DNA from: an uncultured Cytophagales bacterium
Lineage (GTDB): Bacteria > Bacteroidota > Bacteroidia > Cytophagales > Spirosomataceae
Assembly: GCA_963784335.1 (NCBI GenBank)
Contig: CAWARB010000039.1
Coordinates: 14,634 to 78,633, forward strand
Reading direction: 5' to 3'
Length of the DNA: 64,000 nucleotides
Under the pieces are notes generated by a model. It made no database searches and was not told the origin of the DNA. It was given only the letters and a program-made list of their open reading frames with translations. This document shows positions 41,249-51,300 of the stretch, in pieces; positions within the stretch are counted from its first letter, which is position 1; each line of letters opens with the position of its first letter. The translations under genes and the position numbers were made by a program.

Positions 41249-42904
41249 TTAGAGAGTAGCCGTGGCCGACTGTTCAAAAAGTAGTCCGGCTTCCTGGGCA
41301 AAAGCCGTCAGTTTCTGCCGGTAATCTTGTACCTGTTGCTGGCTATAGCCGTCACTCCAGCCTAATTCCAGACTCATTAACCCGGCAACCTGCGGGGTAA
41401 CCTGGGCGGTTAGCTGCCAATCGGCCAGTTCCAGCCGCCACCGGCGGGCCAGTACGTCCCGAAGGGTAACGGCCATTTCTTCCCGTACCTGATAGACAAC
41501 CTCCGCTTTTAAAAAAGGTAGCTGGTCCATAAGCCTGTCGGCCAGCGCGGGCTGCTCCTGTGTGATTTCTGCTACCTGCCCCGCCCGAACTCCATAAGTC
41601 TGAACCAGGTGCTTACACACATCGTCCGGGAAACCGTACTGCGTTTGTAATGCCTGCCACGCGTCGAAACGGTAATTTTCTCCTCCTACCAGATAATGGT
41701 TTTCTGTTGCACCAGGAATTGATTTTCCCAGCAATTCACCAATGCGGTCAATGGCATCCTGTGCCATTAATCGGTATGTTGTCCACTTACCACCAAGCAA
41801 GCTAAGCAAGCCCGACTCAGTATCGTGTTCAACTTCATGGTCGCGGAGCAACGTTTTTGTATCGGCCCGACTGCTAACTATCAGGGGGCGAATACCGCCG
41901 AAGCCAGCCTGAACATCTGTCCGGTCCGGCGCTTTGTCCAGATAAGGACGCACCGTTTCGAGGAGATAATCGACCTCGCTGGATTCCAGTACGGGTTCAC
42001 GGGTCAGGTCCTGATAATCATTATCCGTTGTACCAACAAATACGTTGTTGTCGAACGGAATAGCGAAAACAACCCGCCCGTCACTTGTTTTGGGAATCAG
42101 GATGGCATGGTCACTTTCCAGTGTTTGGTGGGGGAGCACAATATGAACGCCTTTGCTGGGCCGGATTCGCGGGTCGAGCCGGGGGTTGGCCAGTAGCCGA
42201 ACGCCATCGGCATACGGGCCGGTGCAGTTAAGAAAGACGGTAGCCCGTACCGTAATGGTTTCGCCGGTAAGCGGGTCTTGTACCAGGGCTGATTTTATGC
42301 GTCCCTCTTCTTTGTTGAAACCGGTTACAGCCGCGTAATTGACAACAGCCGCACCCGCTTCGTCGGCGGAGTGAGTCAGGGCCAGGGCGTAGCGGGCATC
42401 GTTAAGTTGCCCGTCATAGTATAGAACGGCACTATGCATCTTCCGGGTTAGCATCGGACTTCTGTCCAGGGCCTGTGCTTTGGTAAGCCAGCGGCTTTTG
42501 GGAAAGGTATCCTCTCCCGAAATAAAGCCGTAGAGCGTCAAGCCAATGGTCATGTACATGCCCTCGAACCAACTGAATACGGGGGTGAGGATGGCCAGTG
42601 GATGCGCCAGGTGGGGCGCATTCCGAATAACCGTCCGGCGTTCGGCTAATCCATGACGTACCTGCTTAAGCTGCGCCAGGTCCAGTTTCTTAATCGCCTG
42701 CTCCAGATACCGGACACCGCCATGAATCAATTTAGTTGACCGGGACGAGGTTTCTCCGGAGAAATCACCCCGGTCAACCAGCGCAACTTTATACCCACGA
42801 AGGGCCGCGTCCAGTGCCGCACCCGCCCCGCTGGCCCCGGCACCAATAATGCAAATATCGAATGATTCCTGTTGCAGCCGCTCCCAGTTCCTGTCCCGAT
42901 TCAT
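41249..42904 (-). CDS. glpD: FAD-dependent glycerol-3-phosphate dehydrogenase/oxidase
   Basis: IIGAGASGAGAALDAALRG, TSSRSTKLIHGGVRYL, YYDGQLNDAR, PSKGVHIV, GTTD, GGKWTTYRLMA. Confidence 0.92.
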   Translation of the reverse strand: MNRDRNWERLQQESFDICIIGAGASGAGAALDAALRGYKVALVDRGDFSGETSSRSTKLIHGGVRYLEQAIKKLDLAQLKQVRHGLAERRTVIRNAPHLAHPLAILTPVFSWFEGMYMTIGLTLYGFISGEDTFPKSRWLTKAQALDRSPMLTRKMHSAVLYYDGQLNDARYALALTHSADEAGAAVVNYAAVTGFNKEEGRIKSALVQDPLTGETITVRATVFLNCTGPYADGVRLLANPRLDPRIRPSKGVHIVLPHQTLESDHAILIPKTSDGRVVFAIPFDNNVFVGTTDNDYQDLTREPVLESSEVDYLLETVRPYLDKAPDRTDVQAGFGGIRPLIVSSRADTKTLLRDHEVEHDTESGLLSLLGGKWTTYRLMAQDAIDRIGELLGKSIPGATENHYLVGGENYRFDAWQALQTQYGFPDDVCKHLVQTYGVRAGQVAEITQEQPALADRLMDQLPFLKAEVVYQVREEMAVTLRDVLARRWRLELADWQLTAQVTPQVAGLMSLELGWSDGYSQQQVQDYRQKLTAFAQEAGLLFEQSATATL

Positions 42905-43005
42905 ACGGTAAATATAAGGGAAAATTGTGGTGGGGTATTGTGACACAATGAGTACCTGGCAGACGATTGGTTTTACCCGTCACCCGTACATCGTACATCA
43001 GCCTG

Positions 43006-43617
43006 TCAGGCAGAAAAGCCGCGGCTGCGTCCGCCAAAAAAGCCACTCCGCCCACCTGATGGGCGGACGGTACGCGTTACGCGGGACGTCCGAACGTTTT
43101 CGCCAACCCGCGCAGAGCGCTGATACAGCGAAGAGTTGGCATAAACTCCCGAACCGTACCGCTGGGCATCAGCGCGATATTGCGAACCCGATGAGCGACC
43201 CAGCATATAACCCATACTGCCCCAAAGCAGGACATTGGCCAAACCGCTGCTGTGGTGGTAACCCTGCGGATTATTTAGGTAAGTGCTTGTCGACTTGTCG
43301 GTTTCTACCAGGCGTTTGGCTGCTTCCACGCTCAGCGTGTCCCGGTGACCATCGTGATAACTGACAATGGCACCCGCTTTAGTAGGGTCGGTTTCTACTT
43401 CGTCCGTAATTTTAAAGGTACCGGGAGCCGTTTCTGTAATGTACGTGCGAACACCCCGCTTAAAGCTGGTTTCGGTTCGCTGCTCTTCGTCCCTGTCGTT
43501 ATTGTTGCCGCAGCTTTGCAGCACAGCCGAGCCGCTGAGCAGGGCTACGGTAAGCGTGGTACTAAGGGTAATATCTTTTACGCGCCGAAGAACGGCATGT
43601 CGGCGAATGAGTGTCAT
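43006..43617 (-). CDS. Lipoprotein, UPF0323/YgiB-like with Gly/Ser/Arg-rich tail
   Basis: Lipobox LQS|C; FKITDE; GYMLGR; tail PSGGRSGFFGG. Confidence 0.6.
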   Translation of the reverse strand: MTLIRRHAVLRRVKDITLSTTLTVALLSGSAVLQSCGNNNDRDEEQRTETSFKRGVRTYITETAPGTFKITDEVETDPTKAGAIVSYHDGHRDTLSVEAAKRLVETDKSTSTYLNNPQGYHHSSGLANVLLWGSMGYMLGRSSGSQYRADAQRYGSGVYANSSLYQRSARVGENVRTSRVTRTVRPSGGRSGFFGGRSRGFSA

Positions 43618-43715
43618 GGCCTGTATTAGTGAGAATTGACTACTAAACTACCATACTGCCGGGAAGAAGACAACTCAATACGGATAAACTACATGTCGGG
43701 ATAGATTAACGGTTG

Positions 43716-44468
43716 TCAGAAAGGATGATATTTCGTGCTGAATAATATAGACAAACCGGCCGATACGCCCACTACACTCACGGTGCGGTCGCTGCTGTAC
43801 GATAAACTCTCAGACCGCTTATCGGTGCTGATAGCCGTTGATGTTAGGTTCTGGAATGTGAAGGCAGACCGGCTGTAATCGGCATCGAGATGCACGGATA
43901 TGAGCCGACCGAGCCGGTATCGGAGAGACATCCCTCCACCCAGCGCCAATGCCATGCTTTGAGAACCCGTTGTCGTTACCGACATTTCTGTTCGCCCAAA
44001 GTTACCGGACATTGACGTGTTCGGTAGTACCGCCAGCGCCCGTCCCGCCAGTATCCGGGCATCGGCCGAAAAGCGACCCATGGGAAAGGTAACATACGGA
44101 CCTGCCATCACCGTCATGACCGACCAGTTATCGGCTTTGGCCGTCCAGATGTCGGAGTCGTTGCGGTACAGCGCGTCGAGCATAGCCCCCGTGTCGACCG
44201 TATTCCGGTGTTGCTCACCACGAATCATCAGGCCTACCGGTCCCGCTATTCGATAACCGAGCGCTGCGTTAAAAGCCACGCCCTGCCCGGCCATGCAGGC
44301 CTGAGGGGCCGAGGAGTTGCAATTGGCAAAACTGCCTACGGGCAAACTGACACCAGCTGCGGCAGAGATGAAGCCTTTTTTATCCTGATGCGACAGAATA
44401 AACGTCTTCTGGCAGAAAGCAGTCGTGGTTATACCAACTGTCAGTATAGTATAGAAGAGCTTTTTCAT
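43716..44468 (-). CDS. Outer-membrane beta-barrel protein (8-stranded-like)
   Basis: Signal peptide; G.SLPVGSFA; alternating amphipathic strands; aromatic C-terminus. Confidence 0.65.
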   Translation of the reverse strand: MKKLFYTILTVGITTTAFCQKTFILSHQDKKGFISAAAGVSLPVGSFANCNSSAPQACMAGQGVAFNAALGYRIAGPVGLMIRGEQHRNTVDTGAMLDALYRNDSDIWTAKADNWSVMTVMAGPYVTFPMGRFSADARILAGRALAVLPNTSMSGNFGRTEMSVTTTGSQSMALALGGGMSLRYRLGRLISVHLDADYSRSAFTFQNLTSTAISTDKRSESLSYSSDRTVSVVGVSAGLSILFSTKYHPF

Positions 44469-44553
44469 GGCGTAATTCGTTGCTAAGTAAGTGTATACCT
44501 AGTCTTACAAATTCAATGCCAGTTTTGCCAAATCGCTAATACAATGGTAATCA

Positions 44554-46152
44554 CTATCTATTTACAGTAACATGTCCGGGGCCCATGAGTAACTGCCCCG
44601 GGCGCTGCCCCGTGTGTTGACCGTTAGCGAGAACGGGGATGCCATTGACAAGGACCCAGGCAATGCCCGTTGTGTAGGCGTGTGGTTGCCCGTAGGTAGC
44701 CCGGTCGGCAATTGTTTTCTCGTCAAACACCACAATGTCAGCCGCGTAGCCAGGACGAAGCAACCCCCGGTCGGTCAGTCGGAAACGCTGGGCGGGTAGG
44801 GAGGTCATCCGGCGGATGGCTTCTTCGAGCGGAATAATATGCCGTTCCCGTACGTATCGGCCAAGCACGCGGGCGTTGGTACCGTAAGCGCGGGGATGCG
44901 GCATACCCGACCCAAACGTAGCTACCCCGGCATCCGAGGCAATCAGCGTGTTCGGGTAGCGTAAAATGGTTTCAACGTCCGTTTCCGACATGGTGTGGTA
45001 CACCATTTGAATGCGATTCAGACTGGCTCGTTCCATCAGGTCCATGATCAGATCGGCCTCCGCATCCGGTGTGTTGGGGCGCCCCAGTTTTTGATTGATC
45101 TGGCTAATGGCCAGTCCATTGAAAGTCGTGTCGGGCCGGTAACTGGCAACCACGGCGTAGGCATAGTTTTTTCGCAGGTTTTTTTTCAGGCCCGCCAGCA
45201 TTTCCGTTCTGATTTTAGCTCTGGTAACCGGGTCGTGGAAACGAAGCAGCACGGCCGAATCGCCATCGGCCAACACCCAGGAGGGGAGTATACTTTCCAG
45301 AGAAGTACTGGAAGCTGTGTAGGGGTATTGGTCTACGGTTACGTCCAGCCCTTCGCGCCGGGCCGATTCTACCAGGTCAATCGTCTCCGTACTTTTCCCC
45401 CACAGGGGCTTACTGGCTACTTTAAAGTGCGAAATCTCTACCGGCAACCGGGCTTCCCGACCAATTTGAATGGCTTCCACAATGGCTTGTTTTACATGCT
45501 CCCCTTCGTTGCGTATGTGGGAGGCATACACGCCACCGTAACGAGCGGCTACTTTGGCCAGATTCACGACTTCGGGGGTACGGGCATACGTACCGGGGGT
45601 GTAGATAAGTCCGGTCGACAGGCCAACGGCTCCGTCCTGCATGGCCTGCTCCACCAGGCTATCCATCGCGGCCTGTTCGTGGGTGGTTGGGTCGCGAAAA
45701 GCTAGTTTCATTACCTGGAGACGAACCGAGTTATGGCCAATCAGCGAGGCTACATTAATCGACGTTCCCATAAGCCGGAGGGTATCGAAATAGCTGCGCA
45801 GGTTGGCACTCGAGCCACCGCAGTTGCCGGTTATAACGGTTGTAACGCCGTCATAAATGAAATTGGGTGCGCCGGGCTGTGCTTCCAGACTACCCTCTAC
45901 GTGGGCGTGGACGTCAATAAAACCCGGAGCAATGACCAGCCCGGTGGCGTCGATGGTCCGTTTGGCATCGGTGGCCGACAGGGTTCCTATCCGAACGATA
46001 CGCCCGTTTTGGACCGCCACATCGGCATACATCCAGGGATTACCGGTGCCATCGATAACCCGTCCATTTTTTATGAGCAGGTCATAGGATTGAGCATGTG
46101 TAAGACTGATGGCGGGTAAATAAAGAAGCAGGAACAGAAAACGACGGGGCAT
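44554..46152 (-). CDS. N-acyl-D-amino-acid deacylase family amidohydrolase, secreted
   Basis: YDLLIKNGRVIDGTG, APGFIDVHAH, GNCGGS, GLSTGLIYTPG, SHIRNE, ISHFK, HPRAYGT, ADIVVFD. Confidence 0.9.
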   Translation of the reverse strand: MPRRFLFLLLYLPAISLTHAQSYDLLIKNGRVIDGTGNPWMYADVAVQNGRIVRIGTLSATDAKRTIDATGLVIAPGFIDVHAHVEGSLEAQPGAPNFIYDGVTTVITGNCGGSSANLRSYFDTLRLMGTSINVASLIGHNSVRLQVMKLAFRDPTTHEQAAMDSLVEQAMQDGAVGLSTGLIYTPGTYARTPEVVNLAKVAARYGGVYASHIRNEGEHVKQAIVEAIQIGREARLPVEISHFKVASKPLWGKSTETIDLVESARREGLDVTVDQYPYTASSTSLESILPSWVLADGDSAVLLRFHDPVTRAKIRTEMLAGLKKNLRKNYAYAVVASYRPDTTFNGLAISQINQKLGRPNTPDAEADLIMDLMERASLNRIQMVYHTMSETDVETILRYPNTLIASDAGVATFGSGMPHPRAYGTNARVLGRYVRERHIIPLEEAIRRMTSLPAQRFRLTDRGLLRPGYAADIVVFDEKTIADRATYGQPHAYTTGIAWVLVNGIPVLANGQHTGQRPGQLLMGPGHVTVNR

Positions 46153-46381
46153 AACCAGATAGGGTACAGTGGAGCAAATTAACTGACGTTGAATATACCC
46201 AGTTTGGGCTGGAAATGAAGCCTTCCGTACCGGTTCGTTACAATTTGACCGGTGTATTTTCCCTGAACTGGTAGACGCCTGTTTTTCTCGTTTTCTGAAC
46301 ACCGCTTATGCCCGCCTTCGTAAACTTTTGTGTTGCTTTGCCGTTCCATTTTATGACGAATCCTCTTTTACTCAATCTACT

Positions 46382-47128
46382 ATGCACTCACTTGAACACC
46401 CTCCGATAGCCTTAATAGTCTTTGATATGGCCGGCACCACGGTTACGGACCATCACGAAGTAGAACGCTGTTTTGCCGAGGCAGCCGCTCAAACAGGACT
46501 CTCCGTTACGGCCGGGCGCATTCTGGCTATGCAGGGCCTTGCCAAGCGCTACGTATTCGAAACGCTCTGGAAGGAACAACTAGGCGACGGGCATGCCGAT
46601 GTTCAAGCGCGGGTCGATGGCTCGTATGATGCATTCCGGCAGGTGCTGGAACAGCATTACAAAACCCAGGGAGCAACGCCCACTGAGGGGTGTCTGGAAA
46701 CGTTTGCCTGGTTGCATGAACGGGGCATTGCCATTGCCCTTACCACGGGTTTTTACCGGGTGGTGACTGATATTATCCTCGAAAAACTCGGCTGGCTAAC
46801 CGGCCTTGATGAGCAGCGGGTGGGCACGGCTGACAGTTTGATTCAGGTGTCCATTGCCAGTGACGAGGTGGCGCGTGGCCGTCCGTATCCGAATATGATT
46901 GAGCGGGCTATGCAACTGACGGGTACGAGTAATCCGAAAGCGGTTGTGAACATAGGCGATACGCCATCCGATTTACTGTCGGGCCAGGCGGCTGGCGTAG
47001 CACTCAACCTGGGCGTTACTAACGGCACGCATACCCAGGAACAATTGGCGCAGCACCCGCACGATAAACTGCTGGGATCGCTGGCTGAGCTACCCGCTCT
47101 GCTGGCATCCCAGCGTGTTCATTTATAG
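46382..47128 (+). CDS. Phosphonatase-like HAD hydrolase (PhnX-like, TIGR03351-type)
   Basis: FDMAGTTV (motif I), MQGLAK cap lysine, LTTGF, GRPYPNMI, IGDTPSDL. Confidence 0.8.
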   Translation: MHSLEHPPIALIVFDMAGTTVTDHHEVERCFAEAAAQTGLSVTAGRILAMQGLAKRYVFETLWKEQLGDGHADVQARVDGSYDAFRQVLEQHYKTQGATPTEGCLETFAWLHERGIAIALTTGFYRVVTDIILEKLGWLTGLDEQRVGTADSLIQVSIASDEVARGRPYPNMIERAMQLTGTSNPKAVVNIGDTPSDLLSGQAAGVALNLGVTNGTHTQEQLAQHPHDKLLGSLAELPALLASQRVHL

Positions 47129-47190
47129 TTATCCTAGTTGTCAGGCAGTTGTGCTGTACTAGATAACCAGCCAATGACCAATACCCAATC

Positions 47191-48351
47191 ATGTACGACC
47201 TAATTGTCATCGGTGCCGGGGTACTCGGTACGTTTCATGCCTATCATGCCGCCAAAGCTGGCAAGCGAGTATTGCTGCTCGAAAAAGATCGATACCCCAT
47301 TGGGGCAACGGTACGTAATTTTGGGCAGGTGGTGCCCTCCGGACTGGCCGGGCGATGGTTCGACTACGGGCGAAGAAGTCTGGACATCTACCAGTCCATT
47401 CAGCAGGAAACCGATATCACGATTCGGAAGAACGGGACGGTTTATATTGCGTCGGATGCGGATGAATGGACGCTGGCCAATGAACTCCATGACCGTTATG
47501 AGCGCATCGGCTATGCCAGTGAGCTACTGACCAAAGCGCAGTGTCTGGCTAAATACCCGTCTTTGCGACCGGATTACGTGCTGGGTGGCCTCTTCTTTCC
47601 GCAGGAAATGAGCGTGGAGCCGGAGCAGATGATTCATCGGCTGATTGCCTATGTGCAACAGAAATACGCGGTCGATTACCGACCCGGTTCGGTAGTTGTC
47701 GACGTGCAGTCGAAGGCGGGTGGCGCGGTTGTAACGCTTAGTAACCGGCAGCGGTTCGAAGCGGGTCAGGTGCTGATTTGTTCGGGCCACGAGGTGCGGC
47801 TGTTATTCCCGGAGGTACTGGCTAGTGCGGGGCTGGTGGTCAGTAAATTACAGATGTTGCTGGCCGCACCGGTGGCGGGACTGACGCTGCCGGGGAATAT
47901 CCTGACGGGCCTGAGTATCCGGCGGTACGAAGCCTTTCAGGAATGCCCATCCTACGCCCAAATTAACGCCAATCCACCCGACCACCCTGCAACGGTGGAC
48001 CGCGCCGAACTCAAAAAATGGGGCATCCATATCCTGTTCAAACAGGCGACGGACGGGCGCATTATTGTGGGGGATTCACACGAATACGCGCCCGCTACCG
48101 AAGCTGAAGACCTGGGCTACCACACGCAGGATTTTATCAACGACCTGATGCTGGCCGAAGCCCGGCGCATCGTTACCTTTCCATTAACCATCCAAAAAAC
48201 GTGGGCGGGTTTTTACAGCCAGACCCCGGCCGAAATTTTTGAGCATCGTATTGACGATTCCATTCGTATCATAACGGGTATCGGCGGAAAAGGGATGAGT
48301 TCCAGTGCCGGCTATGCCGAAGCAACCCTAAAAAACTGGTGGGGTCAGTAA
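47191..48351 (+). CDS. FAD-dependent amine oxidoreductase, TIGR03364 type (aminophosphonate-associated)
   Basis: YDLIVIGAGVLGTFHAY, GATVRNFGQ, SKLQML, LTGLSIRRYEAF, GIHILFKQ, VGDSHEY, GIGGKGMS. Confidence 0.85.
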   Translation: MYDLIVIGAGVLGTFHAYHAAKAGKRVLLLEKDRYPIGATVRNFGQVVPSGLAGRWFDYGRRSLDIYQSIQQETDITIRKNGTVYIASDADEWTLANELHDRYERIGYASELLTKAQCLAKYPSLRPDYVLGGLFFPQEMSVEPEQMIHRLIAYVQQKYAVDYRPGSVVVDVQSKAGGAVVTLSNRQRFEAGQVLICSGHEVRLLFPEVLASAGLVVSKLQMLLAAPVAGLTLPGNILTGLSIRRYEAFQECPSYAQINANPPDHPATVDRAELKKWGIHILFKQATDGRIIVGDSHEYAPATEAEDLGYHTQDFINDLMLAEARRIVTFPLTIQKTWAGFYSQTPAEIFEHRIDDSIRIITGIGGKGMSSSAGYAEATLKNWWGQ

Positions 48352-48379
48352 TTGCCTTAGTGCCGACATGCTAAATCAA

Positions 48380-51300
48380 TTACTGACCCAGTTTCAGTCG
48401 GGCATTGGTTCCGTAGTTGATTCGTGTTCCCGGATCGAACAATACCCGAAGCGCCGTAGCCGTGTAGCCAGTTGGTAGCGTTACTGTGTGCCTGATCTGT
48501 ACTACATCATAGCTGGTTGGTACTCGATTACACGACCAGGTGGCTGTGTCGTACCAAAAACCCGCCTGAAGCGTGTAGAAAGCACTGCATGTCTGAAACA
48601 GGGACGACGACGAAAAGTCCGAACTTTCGGTGGGGGAGCAGAGCGCTCTTATCTGCCATTCGTAGGGGGAGTCCGTAGTCAGGTTTGTTACCACAACACT
48701 GCCTGAAGTCCCGGTTCCGGTCGGATTGCTGAGTGTAGTCCAATCGGGTGACCCGACCACCCGGTACCGAACCTGGTACGCTGTCGTATTATCCGCGTAG
48801 TAAAAGTACCAGCTAAGTTTGGCCGATGTAGGGGTTAGTATGATAGTCGGGTAACTGAAGGGCGCGTTACAGGGATAGGTATTGAAGGACGTGGAGGCCG
48901 AGTAAGCCGAGAATACGCCGTCGCCACAGTTCGATCTGACCTGCCATTCGTAGCCCGTATTCGTTTGCAGTCCCGTAATCGTCGCGCTGAAGCTTGTCAG
49001 GCCGCTGATGGCTGTCCAGTCCGTTGTACCAGCGCGTCGGTAACGCAACTCGTAGGTAACGCCCGCGCCCGTAAGTGCCCAGCTCAGGTAAGCGGAGGTG
49101 GTTTTGGGCGAAGTGCTCATGCCCATGGGAATCTGGCAACCGGTAGTAAACGGCTGGCCCGCGGTGTACGTCGAGTTATCAACGGCAGAGCAGACCGTCC
49201 GTACATCCCATTCGTAGGTTGTCGTGTTGGTCAGGCCCGTTAAACTGTAGGCAAACGTGCTGCCATTGTCCGTAACCGCCAGCTGATCAAGTGTCGTCCA
49301 GTCAGACCCACCAGCCGCCCGATAACGAACGTCGAATAAGGTACCCACGTCAACGGAGGTGGACCATCGGAGGCTTATAGACGTAGGGGTTGGCAGATAC
49401 CCGTATGGGTAGGAAGGAGCCAGACAAACCGTGGTAAACGGAGTCCCTGTGGTGTAATCGGACTGACTATTGGACGGACAACTATTCCGGATCCGCCACT
49501 CATAGGTCGTATTGTTGGCTAGCCCCGTGAGGGAGAATAAGTTGTTGGGGTTGGGTGAAGCCGGTGTAATATTGTTGATAGTGAGCCAGTCCGTGCTGCC
49601 CAGTGGCCGGTATTGGAGTTGGAATGTAGCACCCGTTTCAGGCGTATTGGTATAGGGCGTAACCCAGAATAGTTTCGCGGTATAGGCTTTGGGCACAGCG
49701 TACAGGTTTACGGGCGTTTGGCACACTGGAGTAAAGGTAAGCAGGGTAGAATAATCAGAACTCTCGGTCATTGAACAAACGCTTTTGAGCTGTGCCTCAT
49801 ACATGACATTGGGCGTCAGCCCGCTCAGCACATAAGGCGTATTTTCTCGGGCAGTTATCTGATCAATAGTCGTCCAGCCGGGGGTCCCCACCGGCCGATA
49901 CCGAAGGGCGAACAGCCGCCCTGTTTCGTAGAAGGACGTGCTCCAGATCAGCGAAACAGCCGTTGAACTATTCGACCCTAACTGCAACGAAGGTACCGGG
50001 CAGGAGAGCGTTGTGAATGATTGCACCGGGCTGAAATCGGTCGTGACCGTTGTTGAGCCAGGACAGGTACCCTGAACCCGCCACTCATACGGTGATGCCG
50101 GGCTCAGACCCGATAGGGAATAATAAGTACTGCTAATGCCGTCAATAGTAGTCCAGTCCGTTGTATTCAGGGGACGCCATTGCAACGTATGCACCTCAGG
50201 GGGGCCAGATAGCCAACTCAGCGAGACTACCGTGCGGGATGGATAGGCCGTATAGAGAAGGGGAACGGGACAAACGGTTGTAAAACTGACCGGGTCGGTA
50301 TAGGTGGTGGTGCCTGTCGTTCTGACCTGCCATTCGTAGGCCGTATTAACTGACAGTCCGTAAAGTATCAGCGAAAAGTTGGGTGTTTTACTGTACATAA
50401 CCCAGTTGGCAGACCCCACCGCACGCCACTGTACATCATACGTGACTCCCGGCCCGGCACTATGCCAGTTTAACTGAGCAGAGGTCCCCGAAATGTGGGT
50501 GGTTGTAGGGGTGAGAAAGGATATGAATTTGATGGCAAAGACGGTGCTGATGCTACCCGTTGTTGTGTTGGATGACCGGATGCGGTAATAGTATTGCGTA
50601 TTCAATACCACCTTGTCATCGGTGTAGGTTGAAACGTTTGGCGCTACACCACCAATAGGCACATAAACCCCATCGGGTGCAGTGGAGCGTTCGATAAAGT
50701 ACCCCATCTCGTTGAATGCCCTGTCCTGCCACGTCAGTATAATGGTGTTCTGACTCACGCTGCCGGTCAAACTGCCGGGCGCCGTTACAGTCGTGGCCGG
50801 TGCATTGAGGGTGTAAGCGGTGTGCGTTTGCCGCAGTGCCAGGGCGGCCTGCATTCGTTCGTATTGGCCGGGGGAAAAATCGTGCGTGCACGAATTATAA
50901 TAAGACATTATGTTGGTCGTGGATGGCACATAAGCATCCCCATTTGAATCACGTGCCGTACTGTTGGGGTCGTAGTGCAGGCAATCATTGGCGTCTATAA
51001 AAACCGTTCCGGCCATATTATACGGGTCGGCGGGTGTGTCGCAGATCAGATCGCCATCGGTCGTACAGTTGGCACCGGGGCCCCGGGTAACCAGCTCGGT
51101 TGTTACACCCGTACCCAGCGAACCGTTGCCGGAATTCTGACCAAACGTGTGAATCAGGTTGAAGTTGTGCCCCAATTCATGGGGTACCAGACGGTTCCCC
51201 ATATCCTCCACGTTGTTTTCGTTGAGAATAAACGACCGGGTAGAGTAAATGGCATTATCCGGATAATAAGCAAACCCACCCAGCCCGGCGTTCGAAAACC

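Noticed and set aside
44554-46152. D-aminoacylase as part of the phosphonate locus (de-N-acylation of aminophosphonates)
   Set aside because: The only support is divergent adjacency; the family is common in these genomes and nothing in the sequence ties it to phosphonates.
46150-46382. Pho-box or other operator for the phosphonate genes
   Set aside because: I could not find convincing 11-bp-spaced direct repeats or a clean TAnnTTTG here or at 51760-52176, so regulation remains unknown.
48590-50790. Periodic DNA similarity suggesting a CRISPR array or tandem repeat
   Set aside because: It is explained by diverged in-frame FN3 domain repeats; there are no identical direct repeats with spacers and no cas genes.
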